Shown here: piece by piece, positions 27,921-38,569 of the stretch | Numbering within the stretch: position 1 is the first letter of the stretch | Layout: every line of letters begins with the position of its first letter | From: Candidatus Microgenomates bacterium | GTDB taxonomy: Bacteria; Patescibacteriota; Microgenomatia; UBA8517 | DNA: 64,000 nt | Direction: 5' to 3' | NCBI GenBank assembly: GCA_049519355.1 | Contig: JBEKQV010000001.1 | Location: 220,491-284,490 of the forward strand | The notes under the pieces: generated by a model | Databases searched by the model: none | Told to the model about the DNA's origin: nothing | The model's input: the letters and a program-made list of their open reading frames with translations, nothing else | Made by a program: the position numbers and the translations under genes

Positions 27921-29411
27921 ATGCGCGACTATATTATTAAGCATGAAAAAGGAATTTTGCGGATTTTGGAAATTCTTCCAGGTTTTGTTTCCTGGAATTT
28001 GATTTTACTTCCCTACTGGGGAATTTTCGTTTTCCCGGTTTTTGTTGCTTACTTCATTCTGTTTTTTAACATTTATTGGTTTTACCAATCTCTTCAAATC
28101 GCTGTTTCTTCAATTATCTCGCATACCCGGATACAGGCCGCCAAAGTTTACGACTGGATGGGAGATGTCAAAGGTTTCCCCGATTGGCAAAAAGTACGGC
28201 ATGTTGTAATTATTCCCACCTACAAAGAGCCCCTTCATATTCTTGAAAGAACACTTGATTCTCTTGCGGCCCAAGAATTTCCGACAAAATTTATAATTCC
28301 GGTTTTGGCTATGGAAGAAAAGGAACAAGCCGCCGATAGAAACGCAAAATGGGAAGCGCTAAAAAACAAATACGGAAAAGTTTTCGGACATCTGTTCATG
28401 ACGGTCCACAAGCTTGAAATCGGAGAGGTTGCCGGCAAAGCTTCAAACGAGAGATTCGCGGCAATTTGGGTTAAGGAAAATTTTATCGACCCCAACAAAT
28501 TGGACATAGATTACTTTACGGTTACATCCTGCGATGCCGACCATAAGTTTCACCCCAAGCACTTTGCTAACTTAACTTATAAATTTCTGGACAACCCGAA
28601 TCGTTTCAAAATGTTTTGGCAACCTTCAGTTATGTTTTACAACAATATTTGGGAAATTCCGGCAATTACCAGAGTTCCCAATACTTTGATGACAATCTGG
28701 AATCTTTCCCAGCTTCCCAGAAAGGACCGTTTAATCAATGCTCAAAATTATTCCCTATCTTTCAAACTTCTTGATGAAGTCGGATATTGGGATGCGGATA
28801 AAATTCCCGAGGATTGGGGAATATTCTTTAAGGCCTTTTATAAAAAGGGTGGCGGAATTGAGGTTGACCCGATTTATCTGCCTCTAATGGCCGACGCGGC
28901 GCAATCCACCTCCTTCTGGAAAACCATAATGAGCCAGTACCAACAAATCCAAAGATGGGCCTGGGGTGTAAGCGATGATCCATGGATAATTAAAAGCTAC
29001 TTCTTGGCCCGGGACATTCCTTTTTGGGACAAAACAACCAGACTCATGCAAGTCATTTGGGCTCATTTTCTCTGGCCGGTCAATTGGTTTTTTATTACCT
29101 TGGGTCTTACCATCCCGACACTTCTAAACCCCGCTTTTGGTAGAACGGTTTTGGGTTACACTGTTCCCAAACTTTCATCTTTCGTTCTAACAATTTCTTT
29201 AGGATTCCTCGTCATAATGATTGCAATAGATAGCATGCATAAACCCAAAAGACCGAACAAGGTTTCCCTTTTCAGAACAATTTTAACTCCATTTGAATTT
29301 GTCCTAATGCCGATTGCGGGTTTTTTCTTTTCTGCTCTTCCGGGCATTGATGCCCACACCAGATTAATGTTGGGAAAATATATAGAGTATCGGGTTACGG
29401 AGAAAGTTTAG
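27921..29411 (+). CDS. Membrane-embedded GT2 glycosyltransferase (processive-type motifs)
   Basis: IPTYKE, SCDADH, PEDW and QIQRWAWG (QxxRW), with flanking TMs. Confidence 0.85.
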   Translation: MRDYIIKHEKGILRILEILPGFVSWNLILLPYWGIFVFPVFVAYFILFFNIYWFYQSLQIAVSSIISHTRIQAAKVYDWMGDVKGFPDWQKVRHVVIIPTYKEPLHILERTLDSLAAQEFPTKFIIPVLAMEEKEQAADRNAKWEALKNKYGKVFGHLFMTVHKLEIGEVAGKASNERFAAIWVKENFIDPNKLDIDYFTVTSCDADHKFHPKHFANLTYKFLDNPNRFKMFWQPSVMFYNNIWEIPAITRVPNTLMTIWNLSQLPRKDRLINAQNYSLSFKLLDEVGYWDADKIPEDWGIFFKAFYKKGGGIEVDPIYLPLMADAAQSTSFWKTIMSQYQQIQRWAWGVSDDPWIIKSYFLARDIPFWDKTTRLMQVIWAHFLWPVNWFFITLGLTIPTLLNPAFGRTVLGYTVPKLSSFVLTISLGFLVIMIAIDSMHKPKRPNKVSLFRTILTPFEFVLMPIAGFFFSALPGIDAHTRLMLGKYIEYRVTEKV

Positions 29412-30352
29412 AGAGATTTGTAGTACTCGATTGTTTTTTGAAGCCCTTCATCCAAACTCACTTTAGGTTCCCAGTCCAAAACTTTTTTGGCTTTTGAAAT
29501 ATCGGGCTGTCTCCTCATTGGATCGTCTTTCCTAAAAGTTCCCATATATTTTATTTCCGATTTTGAACCAGTCAATTTAATAATTTTTTCAGCTAAATAT
29601 TTTATTGTGTATTCATCTGAATTTCCCAAATTAAATATTTCTCCTTTTGTATTATCCGAAAACATTGCTGCACATATCCCCGTGATCATATCTGATATGT
29701 AGCAAAAAGATCTCGTTTGAGTTCCGTCCCCGTCAATGTTGATGGAATTATCCGCTAATGATTCGTTTATGAAATTACTTACCACACGCCCGTCGTCTTT
29801 CTTCATCCTGGGGCCATATGTATTAAAAATTCTGATTACCCTTGCATCGACTCCGTACTTGTGCAAATAAACATAAGTTGCGGCCTCGGCGAATCTTTTA
29901 CTTTCGTCATAACAACTCCTGGGCCCGAAAGTATTCACATTTCCGTAATACGACTCTTTTTGAGGATGCTCCAAGGGATCTCCATATATTTCCGAAGTTG
30001 AGGCAATAAGTATTTTAGCTCCGATTTTCTTTGCCAATTTAAGCATCTCAATTGTTCCCATAGAATTGGTTAAAAGTGTTTCTTCCGAGTAATTTTGATA
30101 ATCAATAGGAGATGCGGGGGATGCAAGGTGAAATATATAATCAACTTGTTTACCCTTCAGTTTATCGAGCGGTTTCGTCACGTCCATATCAATAAACTCA
30201 AAGTTTGGGTTTTTCAAAAGCTCCCCAATATTCCCCTTGGAGCCCGTCAGAAGATTATCCAGACAAAGTACCTTGTAATCCTTTCCAATCAAATAGTCAC
30301 AAAGATTACTCCCGATGAATCCCGCCCCGCCGGTGACCAAAATACTTTGCAT
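29408..30352 (-). CDS. UDP-glucuronate decarboxylase (UDP-xylose synthase)-like SDR
   Basis: VTGGAGFIGS, HLASPASP, ASTSEIYGDP, RSCYDESKR, RIFNTYGPRM and DDPMRRQPDI. Confidence 0.9.
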   Translation of the reverse strand: MQSILVTGGAGFIGSNLCDYLIGKDYKVLCLDNLLTGSKGNIGELLKNPNFEFIDMDVTKPLDKLKGKQVDYIFHLASPASPIDYQNYSEETLLTNSMGTIEMLKLAKKIGAKILIASTSEIYGDPLEHPQKESYYGNVNTFGPRSCYDESKRFAEAATYVYLHKYGVDARVIRIFNTYGPRMKKDDGRVVSNFINESLADNSINIDGDGTQTRSFCYISDMITGICAAMFSDNTKGEIFNLGNSDEYTIKYLAEKIIKLTGSKSEIKYMGTFRKDDPMRRQPDISKAKKVLDWEPKVSLDEGLQKTIEYYKSL

Positions 30353-30383
30353 ATGGCCAAATTATACCTTAAACTGATTTTAT

Positions 30384-31892
30384 ATGAAATCCTTTTGGCA
30401 GAAACTTCATATAATCTCGGACAAACTTCACCTTCCCTCCCTCCCCAACTGGCTTGTTGGGATTCTTGCTTTGGTTTTTATTCTCCGAATTCCGTCTTTT
30501 TTTGAACCATACTATTACGGCGATGAAATGGTTTATCTGACACTTGGACAGGGAATCCGACAAGGACTCACTCTTTATAAAAATATCTACGACAACAAAC
30601 CACCCCTCCTTTATATAACCGCAGCTGTCGCCGGAAATCTTTTCTGGTTTAAAGTGATTTTGGCTTTTTGGAATTTAGTTACGATTGTCATTTTTTATAA
30701 ACTTGCAAAAAAGCTGTTTGAGAATAACCCCAAAACACAAAAGCTCTCCACTTTACTTTTTGGTCTTTTAACAACTCTTCCTCTACTGGAAGGACAAACC
30801 GTTAACTCTGAACTTTTCATGATAGCTTTTACAATCCTCGCACTTTTGATACTTCTCGAAAAGAATCTAAGCTCCAAGAAGGTCTTTTTTGCAGGTATCC
30901 TTTTTGGACTCGGAACTCTTTTTAAAGTCCCCGCAGCATTTGATGCCCCTGTAATTGTTTTTTACTGGTTTATAACCCAAGGCTTTGGCAATTGGAAAAA
31001 AATAATTAAAGATTCAGTTATTCTCGGAGCCGGATTTATATTGCCGTTATTTTTAACATTTATTTGGTATTTTTTCAAAGGAGCGCTTCCGCAGTATATC
31101 AATGCAGCATTCCTGCAAAATGTCGGTTATTTGAGCAGTTTTAGACCGGGAGATATCCAAAAACCGTTCCTCATTAGAAATGCACCGCTTCTTATCCGCG
31201 GACTAATTGTTCTTGCCGGTTCGGCAGCCCTCTTTTTATTCCGAAAAAAGCTTTCAGGCAAATTCATTCTCATTACCCTCTGGACTCTCTTTGCTCTTTT
31301 TGCCATAGCACTTTCCGAAAGACCATACCCTCACTACTTTGTCCAGGCGGTGGCTCCGATCTCATTTCTTTTGGCCATGCTTTTTACCGAAAAAAATCTT
31401 GAGCAATCCCTTACGGTCATACCCCTGGCCATAACACTTTTCGTACCCGTTTATTACAAATTCTGGTATTACCCAACCGTCAGTTATTACACACGCTTTA
31501 TCAACTTTGCCATGCATAGCGAAACTAAGGAGCAGTATTTTACCCAATTCTCTCCCACGGTAAACAGGGACTATGAATTGGCTCAATTTTTGGTAATGTC
31601 GAGTACACCGGCCGACCGGGTATTTATGTGGGACCCGGACTCCGCAACAGTCTATGCGCTAAGCAAGCGTCTTCCCCCGATCAAATATGTTGTAAATTAC
31701 CATATATTGGATTATTCAACGACGGCCCAGGAAGCAAAAAATATTGCGTTGAACCCTCCAAAATTCATTATACTGACTGACGGTAACCCCTACCCGGAAC
31801 TTACCCCACTGATAAAAGAAAGGTACGTCCTTGTTAACCGGATAGACGACGCCAGTGTTTATGCCAGGTTAGATTTTGCCCCAGCCAAGTAA
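30384..31892 (+). CDS. ArnT/GT39-like GT-C glycosyltransferase
   Basis: YGDEMVY, LYKNIYDNKPPL, NSELFM and YPHYF; polytopic. Confidence 0.8.
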   Translation: MKSFWQKLHIISDKLHLPSLPNWLVGILALVFILRIPSFFEPYYYGDEMVYLTLGQGIRQGLTLYKNIYDNKPPLLYITAAVAGNLFWFKVILAFWNLVTIVIFYKLAKKLFENNPKTQKLSTLLFGLLTTLPLLEGQTVNSELFMIAFTILALLILLEKNLSSKKVFFAGILFGLGTLFKVPAAFDAPVIVFYWFITQGFGNWKKIIKDSVILGAGFILPLFLTFIWYFFKGALPQYINAAFLQNVGYLSSFRPGDIQKPFLIRNAPLLIRGLIVLAGSAALFLFRKKLSGKFILITLWTLFALFAIALSERPYPHYFVQAVAPISFLLAMLFTEKNLEQSLTVIPLAITLFVPVYYKFWYYPTVSYYTRFINFAMHSETKEQYFTQFSPTVNRDYELAQFLVMSSTPADRVFMWDPDSATVYALSKRLPPIKYVVNYHILDYSTTAQEAKNIALNPPKFIILTDGNPYPELTPLIKERYVLVNRIDDASVYARLDFAPAK

Positions 31893-31914
31893 TATCGTAC
31901 AATAAGGCTACTGG

Positions 31915-32247
31915 ATGTGGAAAAAGATTGTTTTTAACAACTATTTTCTGGCGGCCTTTATTCTAAATGCAATTTCTCTGTTGGTACCTATTGTACTAAG
32001 GAGTTTCCTTCCCCCCGTAGTTCCTCTATTCTACGGACGTCCCGTGGGTGAAGGCCAGCTTACTACTTCCCTAGGTCTTGTCATAGCTCCCGCCGTTTCC
32101 ATCCTCATTACAATAATCAATCTGTTCTTAAATCTTTGGACAAAAGACGTTTTCCTTAAAAGGGTTCTCGCCGCTTCAGCTCTTGTTATTTCAGTTGTAA
32201 CGGTAATTACTGTTATAAAAATAGTTCTTTTGGTCGGATTTTTTTAA
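31915..32247 (+). CDS. Small 3-TM protein (DUF1648-like)
   Basis: LPPVVPLFYGRPVGEGQL loop between TMs. Confidence 0.65.
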   Translation: MWKKIVFNNYFLAAFILNAISLLVPIVLRSFLPPVVPLFYGRPVGEGQLTTSLGLVIAPAVSILITIINLFLNLWTKDVFLKRVLAASALVISVVTVITVIKIVLLVGFF

Positions 32248-32248
32248 T

Positions 32249-33340
32249 ATGAATAATCTGCGCAGTCTTTTCTTAATCCCCTGGATAACATCGGCTATTT
32301 TGGCTTTTTTAGCCACACCTCTTGTCATCAAACTTGCCGGCAAACTCGGAATAATTGACGACCCGAGAAAAAATAAGCATCCGAAAGTAATTCATACTTA
32401 CCCTGTACCAAGAGGAGGAGGAATTCCGATTTTCATTGCTCTTCTTGTTAGTTCTTTACTATTTCTTCCCCTAGATAAACAAATCATCGGAATTTTAATA
32501 GGAGCCGTACTTCTGGTTGTCATGGGAACGCTTGACGATAGATATAACCTTAACCCATATCTAAGACTGGCCTTGGGCTTTCTTGCGGCCGCGGCCCCAA
32601 TTGCGGCGGGAATCGGCATTTCGTTTATATCAAACCCGCTGGGTGGAATATTTGATCTTAGCCATCCCCAAATAAGTTTTGTACTTTTCGGGGCAACGCA
32701 TAGTATCTGGATTCTTTCCGACTTATTTGCCCTTATCTGGATTACGTTTCTTATGAATATGGTAAATATGGGGGCGAAAGGAGTCGACGGACAACTTAGC
32801 GGCGTGACCGTTATTGCCGCACTAACCATTGCCTTCCTATCCCTGAAATTTTCGGCGGATATCACCCAGTGGCCAGTGATAATTTTGGCAGCAATCACGG
32901 CCGGTGCTTATTTGGGCTTTTTGCCCTGGCATATATTTCCACAAAAAATTATGCCCGGCTATGGCGGAAGCACGCTTGCCGGTTACCTTCTGGCAATTCT
33001 CTCAATTCTTTCTACCACAAAAGTCGGGGCGTTGATGGTTGTTCTGGGTGTTCCTTTAATCGATACCGGTTACACAATTGTCCGCCGTTTAATCAATCAT
33101 AAATCTCCCGTTTGGGGAGACCGCGGGCATTTGCATCACAGGCTATTGGACGCCGGGCTAACTAAAAGACAAGTGGCTTATTTCTACTGGGGAGTCACAG
33201 CCATCCTTGGGTTTCTGGCAATAAATTTGAATACCGCCTCCAAGCTCTATACAATGATAGGTATTGTTGCCTTTATTGGAGGTCTTATTTTATGGCTAAC
33301 CTACAGGCCGAAAAACCGGAACGAACAAAAGATAATTTGA
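32249..33340 (+). CDS. WecA/TagO (GT4, MraY-like) undecaprenyl-phosphate HexNAc-1-P transferase
   Basis: PRGGG, GTLDD, GVDG, KIMPGYGGS (atypical of FMGD) and DRGHLHHRL. Confidence 0.9.
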   Translation: MNNLRSLFLIPWITSAILAFLATPLVIKLAGKLGIIDDPRKNKHPKVIHTYPVPRGGGIPIFIALLVSSLLFLPLDKQIIGILIGAVLLVVMGTLDDRYNLNPYLRLALGFLAAAAPIAAGIGISFISNPLGGIFDLSHPQISFVLFGATHSIWILSDLFALIWITFLMNMVNMGAKGVDGQLSGVTVIAALTIAFLSLKFSADITQWPVIILAAITAGAYLGFLPWHIFPQKIMPGYGGSTLAGYLLAILSILSTTKVGALMVVLGVPLIDTGYTIVRRLINHKSPVWGDRGHLHHRLLDAGLTKRQVAYFYWGVTAILGFLAINLNTASKLYTMIGIVAFIGGLILWLTYRPKNRNEQKII

Positions 33341-34266
33341 TAATCGCCGCCTTCAAGGCAATGCGACCGGTCCATTGGATCAAAAACATTTCCCTGTTTG
33401 CTGCAATTTTCCTTACAGGATTTCTTTTCGACCAAGGACAATTTACAAAAGTCCTGTGGGCTTTCGTGGCCTTTTGTTTAACCACCTCAGCCACCTATGT
33501 ATTTAACGATATCTTGGATATCAAATCCGACAAACTTCATCCTATGAAAAAGTTTCGGCCTGTTGCCTCGGGAGCACTTCCAGTACGGGTCGCTGTCGTT
33601 GAATCGGCAATCTTGATTATTGCCTCAATCTTGATAGCTGTCGCGGGGGGGTTAAATTCGCTTTTTATAACAATTTTAATTGCATATCTTGTCATGCAGT
33701 TTTTCTACAGTCTTGGACTTAAAAATGTTGCCATCATTGATATCATAATCATTGCAGCGGGGTTTGTTTTTAGGGTCTATGCAGGTGCATTTGCGATCGA
33801 TGCTCACCTTTCCGTTTGGTTTTTGCTTTGTGTAATCTCGGCCGCACTTTTCCTTGCCTCGGGTAAACGAAGGGCTGAAATCAATATTGCCGAAAACCTG
33901 GATTTTGGAACAAGAAAAAGCCTGGGAACGTACAAGAAGGAGCTTTTAAACTCCTATGTAACAATGTTTGGAAACGCATCGTGGATGTCTTGGGCTTTGT
34001 TTACTTTTTTCGAAAGCCCAAGGGCATCTGTTCCTTTCTGGTTGGTCCTGGCGGAAATTTCCAAAACCACAACCATTACCAAACTTCTTATGCTGACTAT
34101 TCCCGTTACAATTTTTGGGGTAATGAGATATGAATCACTGATTTTCGAAGGTAAAACTGAAACGCCGGAAAAACTCCTTTTAACCGATAAAATGCTTATT
34201 GCGACGGTACTTATTTGGATAGGCCTCATTTATTGGGTCCTCTATGGTGGAATTGCCGCAATATAA
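33292..34266 (+). CDS. UbiA-family decaprenyl-phosphate phosphoribosyltransferase-like (DPPR synthase)
   Basis: RPVHWIKN, YVFNDILD...DKLHPMKKFRPVASG, GFVFRVYAG and KRRAE. Confidence 0.88.
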   Translation: MANLQAEKPERTKDNLIIAAFKAMRPVHWIKNISLFAAIFLTGFLFDQGQFTKVLWAFVAFCLTTSATYVFNDILDIKSDKLHPMKKFRPVASGALPVRVAVVESAILIIASILIAVAGGLNSLFITILIAYLVMQFFYSLGLKNVAIIDIIIIAAGFVFRVYAGAFAIDAHLSVWFLLCVISAALFLASGKRRAEINIAENLDFGTRKSLGTYKKELLNSYVTMFGNASWMSWALFTFFESPRASVPFWLVLAEISKTTTITKLLMLTIPVTIFGVMRYESLIFEGKTETPEKLLLTDKMLIATVLIWIGLIYWVLYGGIAAI

Positions 34267-34267
34267 A

Positions 34268-35164
34268 TTAAGGTATGAGAGCGGGAGTCGCGCTCGGAGT
34301 CGATATTAAGGGTTGAGGAATTTTTTGAGCAAACTGGCCTGAAACCCAACCTGTTACTCCACCTGGGACTGCCGATGATGAGGCTTCATATTGAATTTCC
34401 AGCCAACCGGTTGCAGCATCTATATCAATATACGGGTAAACACTTCCGGGCTTGGCTTCACCTATTTCTTTTCCCGCCGCCCCGGGAAGGGTTCTCACTC
34501 TTAAAAAGCCAGTAGGAGTATTTCCTATCTGAACATAAGGTTCCGGGGTTGGCGACGGTGATGGGTTCGATAGAGAAGATTCATCCGACGAAACGCCTTT
34601 TGCCAGCTTTGCAAAGACGGTAAGTCTATAACCAACCAAGGTCTTAATTGACATAACTCTGTCGGCATATCCGGGGGCTTTAACCGTGATCTGGTGCTGA
34701 GCCGGTGAAATTGTAGATGTCTCATAGGGGGCAAAACCTTGTGTTACACCGTCAACCGAAACCTGGGCATTATCCGGCGTAGAAACAACGACCATGCCGG
34801 CAGTAGTCCCTGCTTGCGTTTCAAATGAAATAACGTCTCCCGACGAAGCATCCTCGCTACTTCCGAATTCTCTTCGTACAACCGTCTGTATTTCGGAGAC
34901 CAATGTTATTTGAGTCTCATAAGGGGTTAGTGTAGTGTTCGTGGCATTTGGCACAAGTTTTAGAGTAATTTGTCCTGCTTTATAAAAACCTTGATACGGG
35001 GTAGTACCTACTAAATTTCCGTTAATATAAACGCTTGCGGGAGGACTGGTGTCAACCAAAATTCCGCCGGGTTTGGGCTTAAAATAACCGATTAAAAAAA
35101 GTGCTGCTGCAACAAGTGAGGCCAAAGAAACAATTGAAATTAGTATTATATTGACAGTCTTCAT
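34268..35164 (-). CDS. Membrane-anchored PEGA-domain (x2) protein with C-terminal SH3b-like domain
   Basis: TSPPASVYINGNLVGTTPY, STPDNAQVSVDG and GFLRVR...GWVSGQF. Start moved to MKTVNI, 8 nt after TAAACT. Confidence 0.85.
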   Translation of the reverse strand: MKTVNIILISIVSLASLVAAALFLIGYFKPKPGGILVDTSPPASVYINGNLVGTTPYQGFYKAGQITLKLVPNATNTTLTPYETQITLVSEIQTVVRREFGSSEDASSGDVISFETQAGTTAGMVVVSTPDNAQVSVDGVTQGFAPYETSTISPAQHQITVKAPGYADRVMSIKTLVGYRLTVFAKLAKGVSSDESSLSNPSPSPTPEPYVQIGNTPTGFLRVRTLPGAAGKEIGEAKPGSVYPYIDIDAATGWLEIQYEASSSAVPGGVTGWVSGQFAQKIPQPLISTPSATPALIP

Positions 35165-35249
35165 TGTGTCCGAGTTTAACACATGGCAAGTAAAGCTTGC
35201 CACTCGGCTAAATACAAGCCTCGTGGTACGCAAAGCTGACACTGCGTGA

Positions 35250-35255
35250 TAAAAT
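35250..35255 (+). promoter_or_regulatory. Extended -10 of tRNA-Cys promoter
   Basis: TGA-TAAAAT located 10 nt upstream of the tRNA. Confidence 0.55.
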
Positions 35256-35265
35256 ACAAGCATCC

Positions 35266-35337
35266 GGCCGGATGGCGAAGAGGAAACGCAGCGGTCTGCA
35301 AAACCGTTATGCGCGGGTTCGATTCCCGCTCCGGCCT
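35266..35337 (+). tRNA. tRNA-Cys (GCA), CCA not encoded
   Basis: Acceptor GGCCGGA/TCCGGCC, anticodon arm GCGGT-CTGCAAA-ACCGT, T arm GCGGG-TTCGATT-CCCGC, discriminator U. Confidence 0.97.
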
Positions 35338-35385
35338 CATCTCAAACTTGACTTTAGCCGTTTTCATACGGTAAACTAACGGCTC

Positions 35386-35409
35386 ATCCCGCACAAAGCG
35401 GGATTTTTT
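35386..35409 (+). terminator. Intrinsic terminator-like hairpin downstream of tRNA-Cys
   Basis: ATCCCGC-ACAAA-GCGGGAT followed by a T run. Confidence 0.75.
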
Positions 35410-35415
35410 GTGCCT

Positions 35416-36096
35416 ATGAAAAAAATCAGCCTTGAACTACCTGTATACCGCTTACAGTTTGATATGAAACTGGTCAAAAGGCGGAAGCCTCTCTTGGATA
35501 AAACTCTTGTCCCCACCCGATCAGTTGTAAACAAAAAATACAGAAGCGGGACCTTTACGGGGAGACTTGTCAGGTACTTTGCAGACCACAAAAGCATAAG
35601 GAAGATCTTTGCTTCCAGCTTTGCCGTTCTTGCGATATCTGCAAGTTTTATTCCCCAAACCTCGAGCGTACGTGCACAAAGTGACGATGCTATTATTCAA
35701 ACCCAAACCAACCTTGTAACCGAAACGAGCATGAAATACCCAGTTGAGCCCGTACTTATTAACCAGAACTACAGCTTCCTTCATCCAGCCATAGATTTTG
35801 GAGGAGAACTGGGAGAATCTATTAAACCTGTCATGGCCGGAATTGTTACTTATGCCGGCTGGGACTATTCCGGATACGGAAACTTGGTGGTAATTGGCTC
35901 AAAAACCGCCGATGACACTTATGAAATATACTACGCTCATCTTTCAAAGATAGAGGTCAAAACCGGACAAACAATTGATGTAAATACCGAAATCGGTAAA
36001 TTGGGAGAAACGGGTCATGCCACGGGTCCTCACCTTCACCTAGAAATCTACCAAAACGGAGTTCACCTTAATCCCCTAACTGTCTTGTCCCAATAA
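35416..36096 (+). CDS. M23 family metallopeptidase
   Basis: HPAIDF, GYGNLVVI, YYAHL and ATGPHLHLE. Start uncertain. Confidence 0.92.
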   Translation: MKKISLELPVYRLQFDMKLVKRRKPLLDKTLVPTRSVVNKKYRSGTFTGRLVRYFADHKSIRKIFASSFAVLAISASFIPQTSSVRAQSDDAIIQTQTNLVTETSMKYPVEPVLINQNYSFLHPAIDFGGELGESIKPVMAGIVTYAGWDYSGYGNLVVIGSKTADDTYEIYYAHLSKIEVKTGQTIDVNTEIGKLGETGHATGPHLHLEIYQNGVHLNPLTVLSQ

Positions 36097-36522
36097 ATAC
36101 TGCTGGGCAAGTAAAACTACATACTTAGAATCTGCAAAAGGCAACATTTCTGAAGCTTTATCGACATCAACCCATATGTGGTTTGACTTTCCTTCGACAT
36201 TCTTTATTTCACCATCATAACCGGTTACAAAATAAGCGGAAATATCATAAAGGTGATTACTGATAGAAGTACATAAAAATCTGTCCAGGCAAATAAATTC
36301 AGTAATTTCGACACCGCACTCTTCCCTAACTTCTCTTTTTAATGCCTCCTCATGACTTTCATTTGTTGACTTTTCCACCTTACCTCCGGGAATAATTGTG
36401 TATCCGTAATATGCTTTTTCGGGGGTTTTCCTTTCTTCAAGAAGAACTTTGCCGCTTTTATATATTAAAAAGTAGACGCCTTCCCTTTCCGGTAGTCTTT
36501 GTTCCTTCACTTCAACCGACAT
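36076..36522 (-). CDS. NUDIX hydrolase
   Basis: PGGKVE...EEALKREVREECG Nudix box. Confidence 0.9.
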   Translation of the reverse strand: MSVEVKEQRLPEREGVYFLIYKSGKVLLEERKTPEKAYYGYTIIPGGKVEKSTNESHEEALKREVREECGVEITEFICLDRFLCTSISNHLYDISAYFVTGYDGEIKNVEGKSNHIWVDVDKASEMLPFADSKYVVLLAQQYLLGQDS

Positions 36523-36569
36523 TCGAGGAATATTTACACAAAAACTGATTTTTTACAAGCAACTGGAGT

Positions 36570-38488
<1,919 letters not shown>

Positions 38489-38495
38489 TTTAGCG

Positions 38496-38523
38496 AAAAA
38501 AGAATGCTAATCGCTTAGCATTC
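38496..38523 (-). terminator. Terminator-like hairpin in the groES leader
   Basis: Minus strand GAATGCTAA-GCGA-TTAGCATTC-TTTTTT: perfect 9-bp stem, GNRA loop, U6. Confidence 0.55.
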
Positions 38524-38541
38524 ATACCATACGAGTGCTAT
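38515..38541. promoter_or_regulatory. CIRCE operator upstream of groES
   Basis: TTAGCATTC-N9-GAGTGCTAT, two mismatches to consensus. Confidence 0.92.
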
Positions 38542-38569
38542 TGTAAATTAGTGTCGAAGCTGTTGTCAA
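38540..38569 (-). promoter_or_regulatory. sigma70-type promoter of groESL
   Basis: Minus strand TTGACA-18 nt-TACAAT. Confidence 0.75.

Noticed and set aside
35184-35240. Hairpin TGGCAAG-TAAAG-CTTGCCA and GGTACGCAAAGC resembling part of a c-di-GMP-I riboswitch
   Set aside because: No GNRA-capped P2 stem or P3/receptor can be built, and the downstream gene is a tRNA. An Infernal/Rfam search would settle it.
35165-35263. N-terminal extension of the PEGA ORF and ORFs overlapping the tRNA (35176-35394, 35376-35597)
   Set aside because: They cover promoter and tRNA sequence; the peptide RPERESNPR is the typical antisense-tRNA artefact.
35266-35337. tRNA-Cys as an integration site
   Set aside because: No integrase and no duplicated tRNA 3' end was seen in the window.
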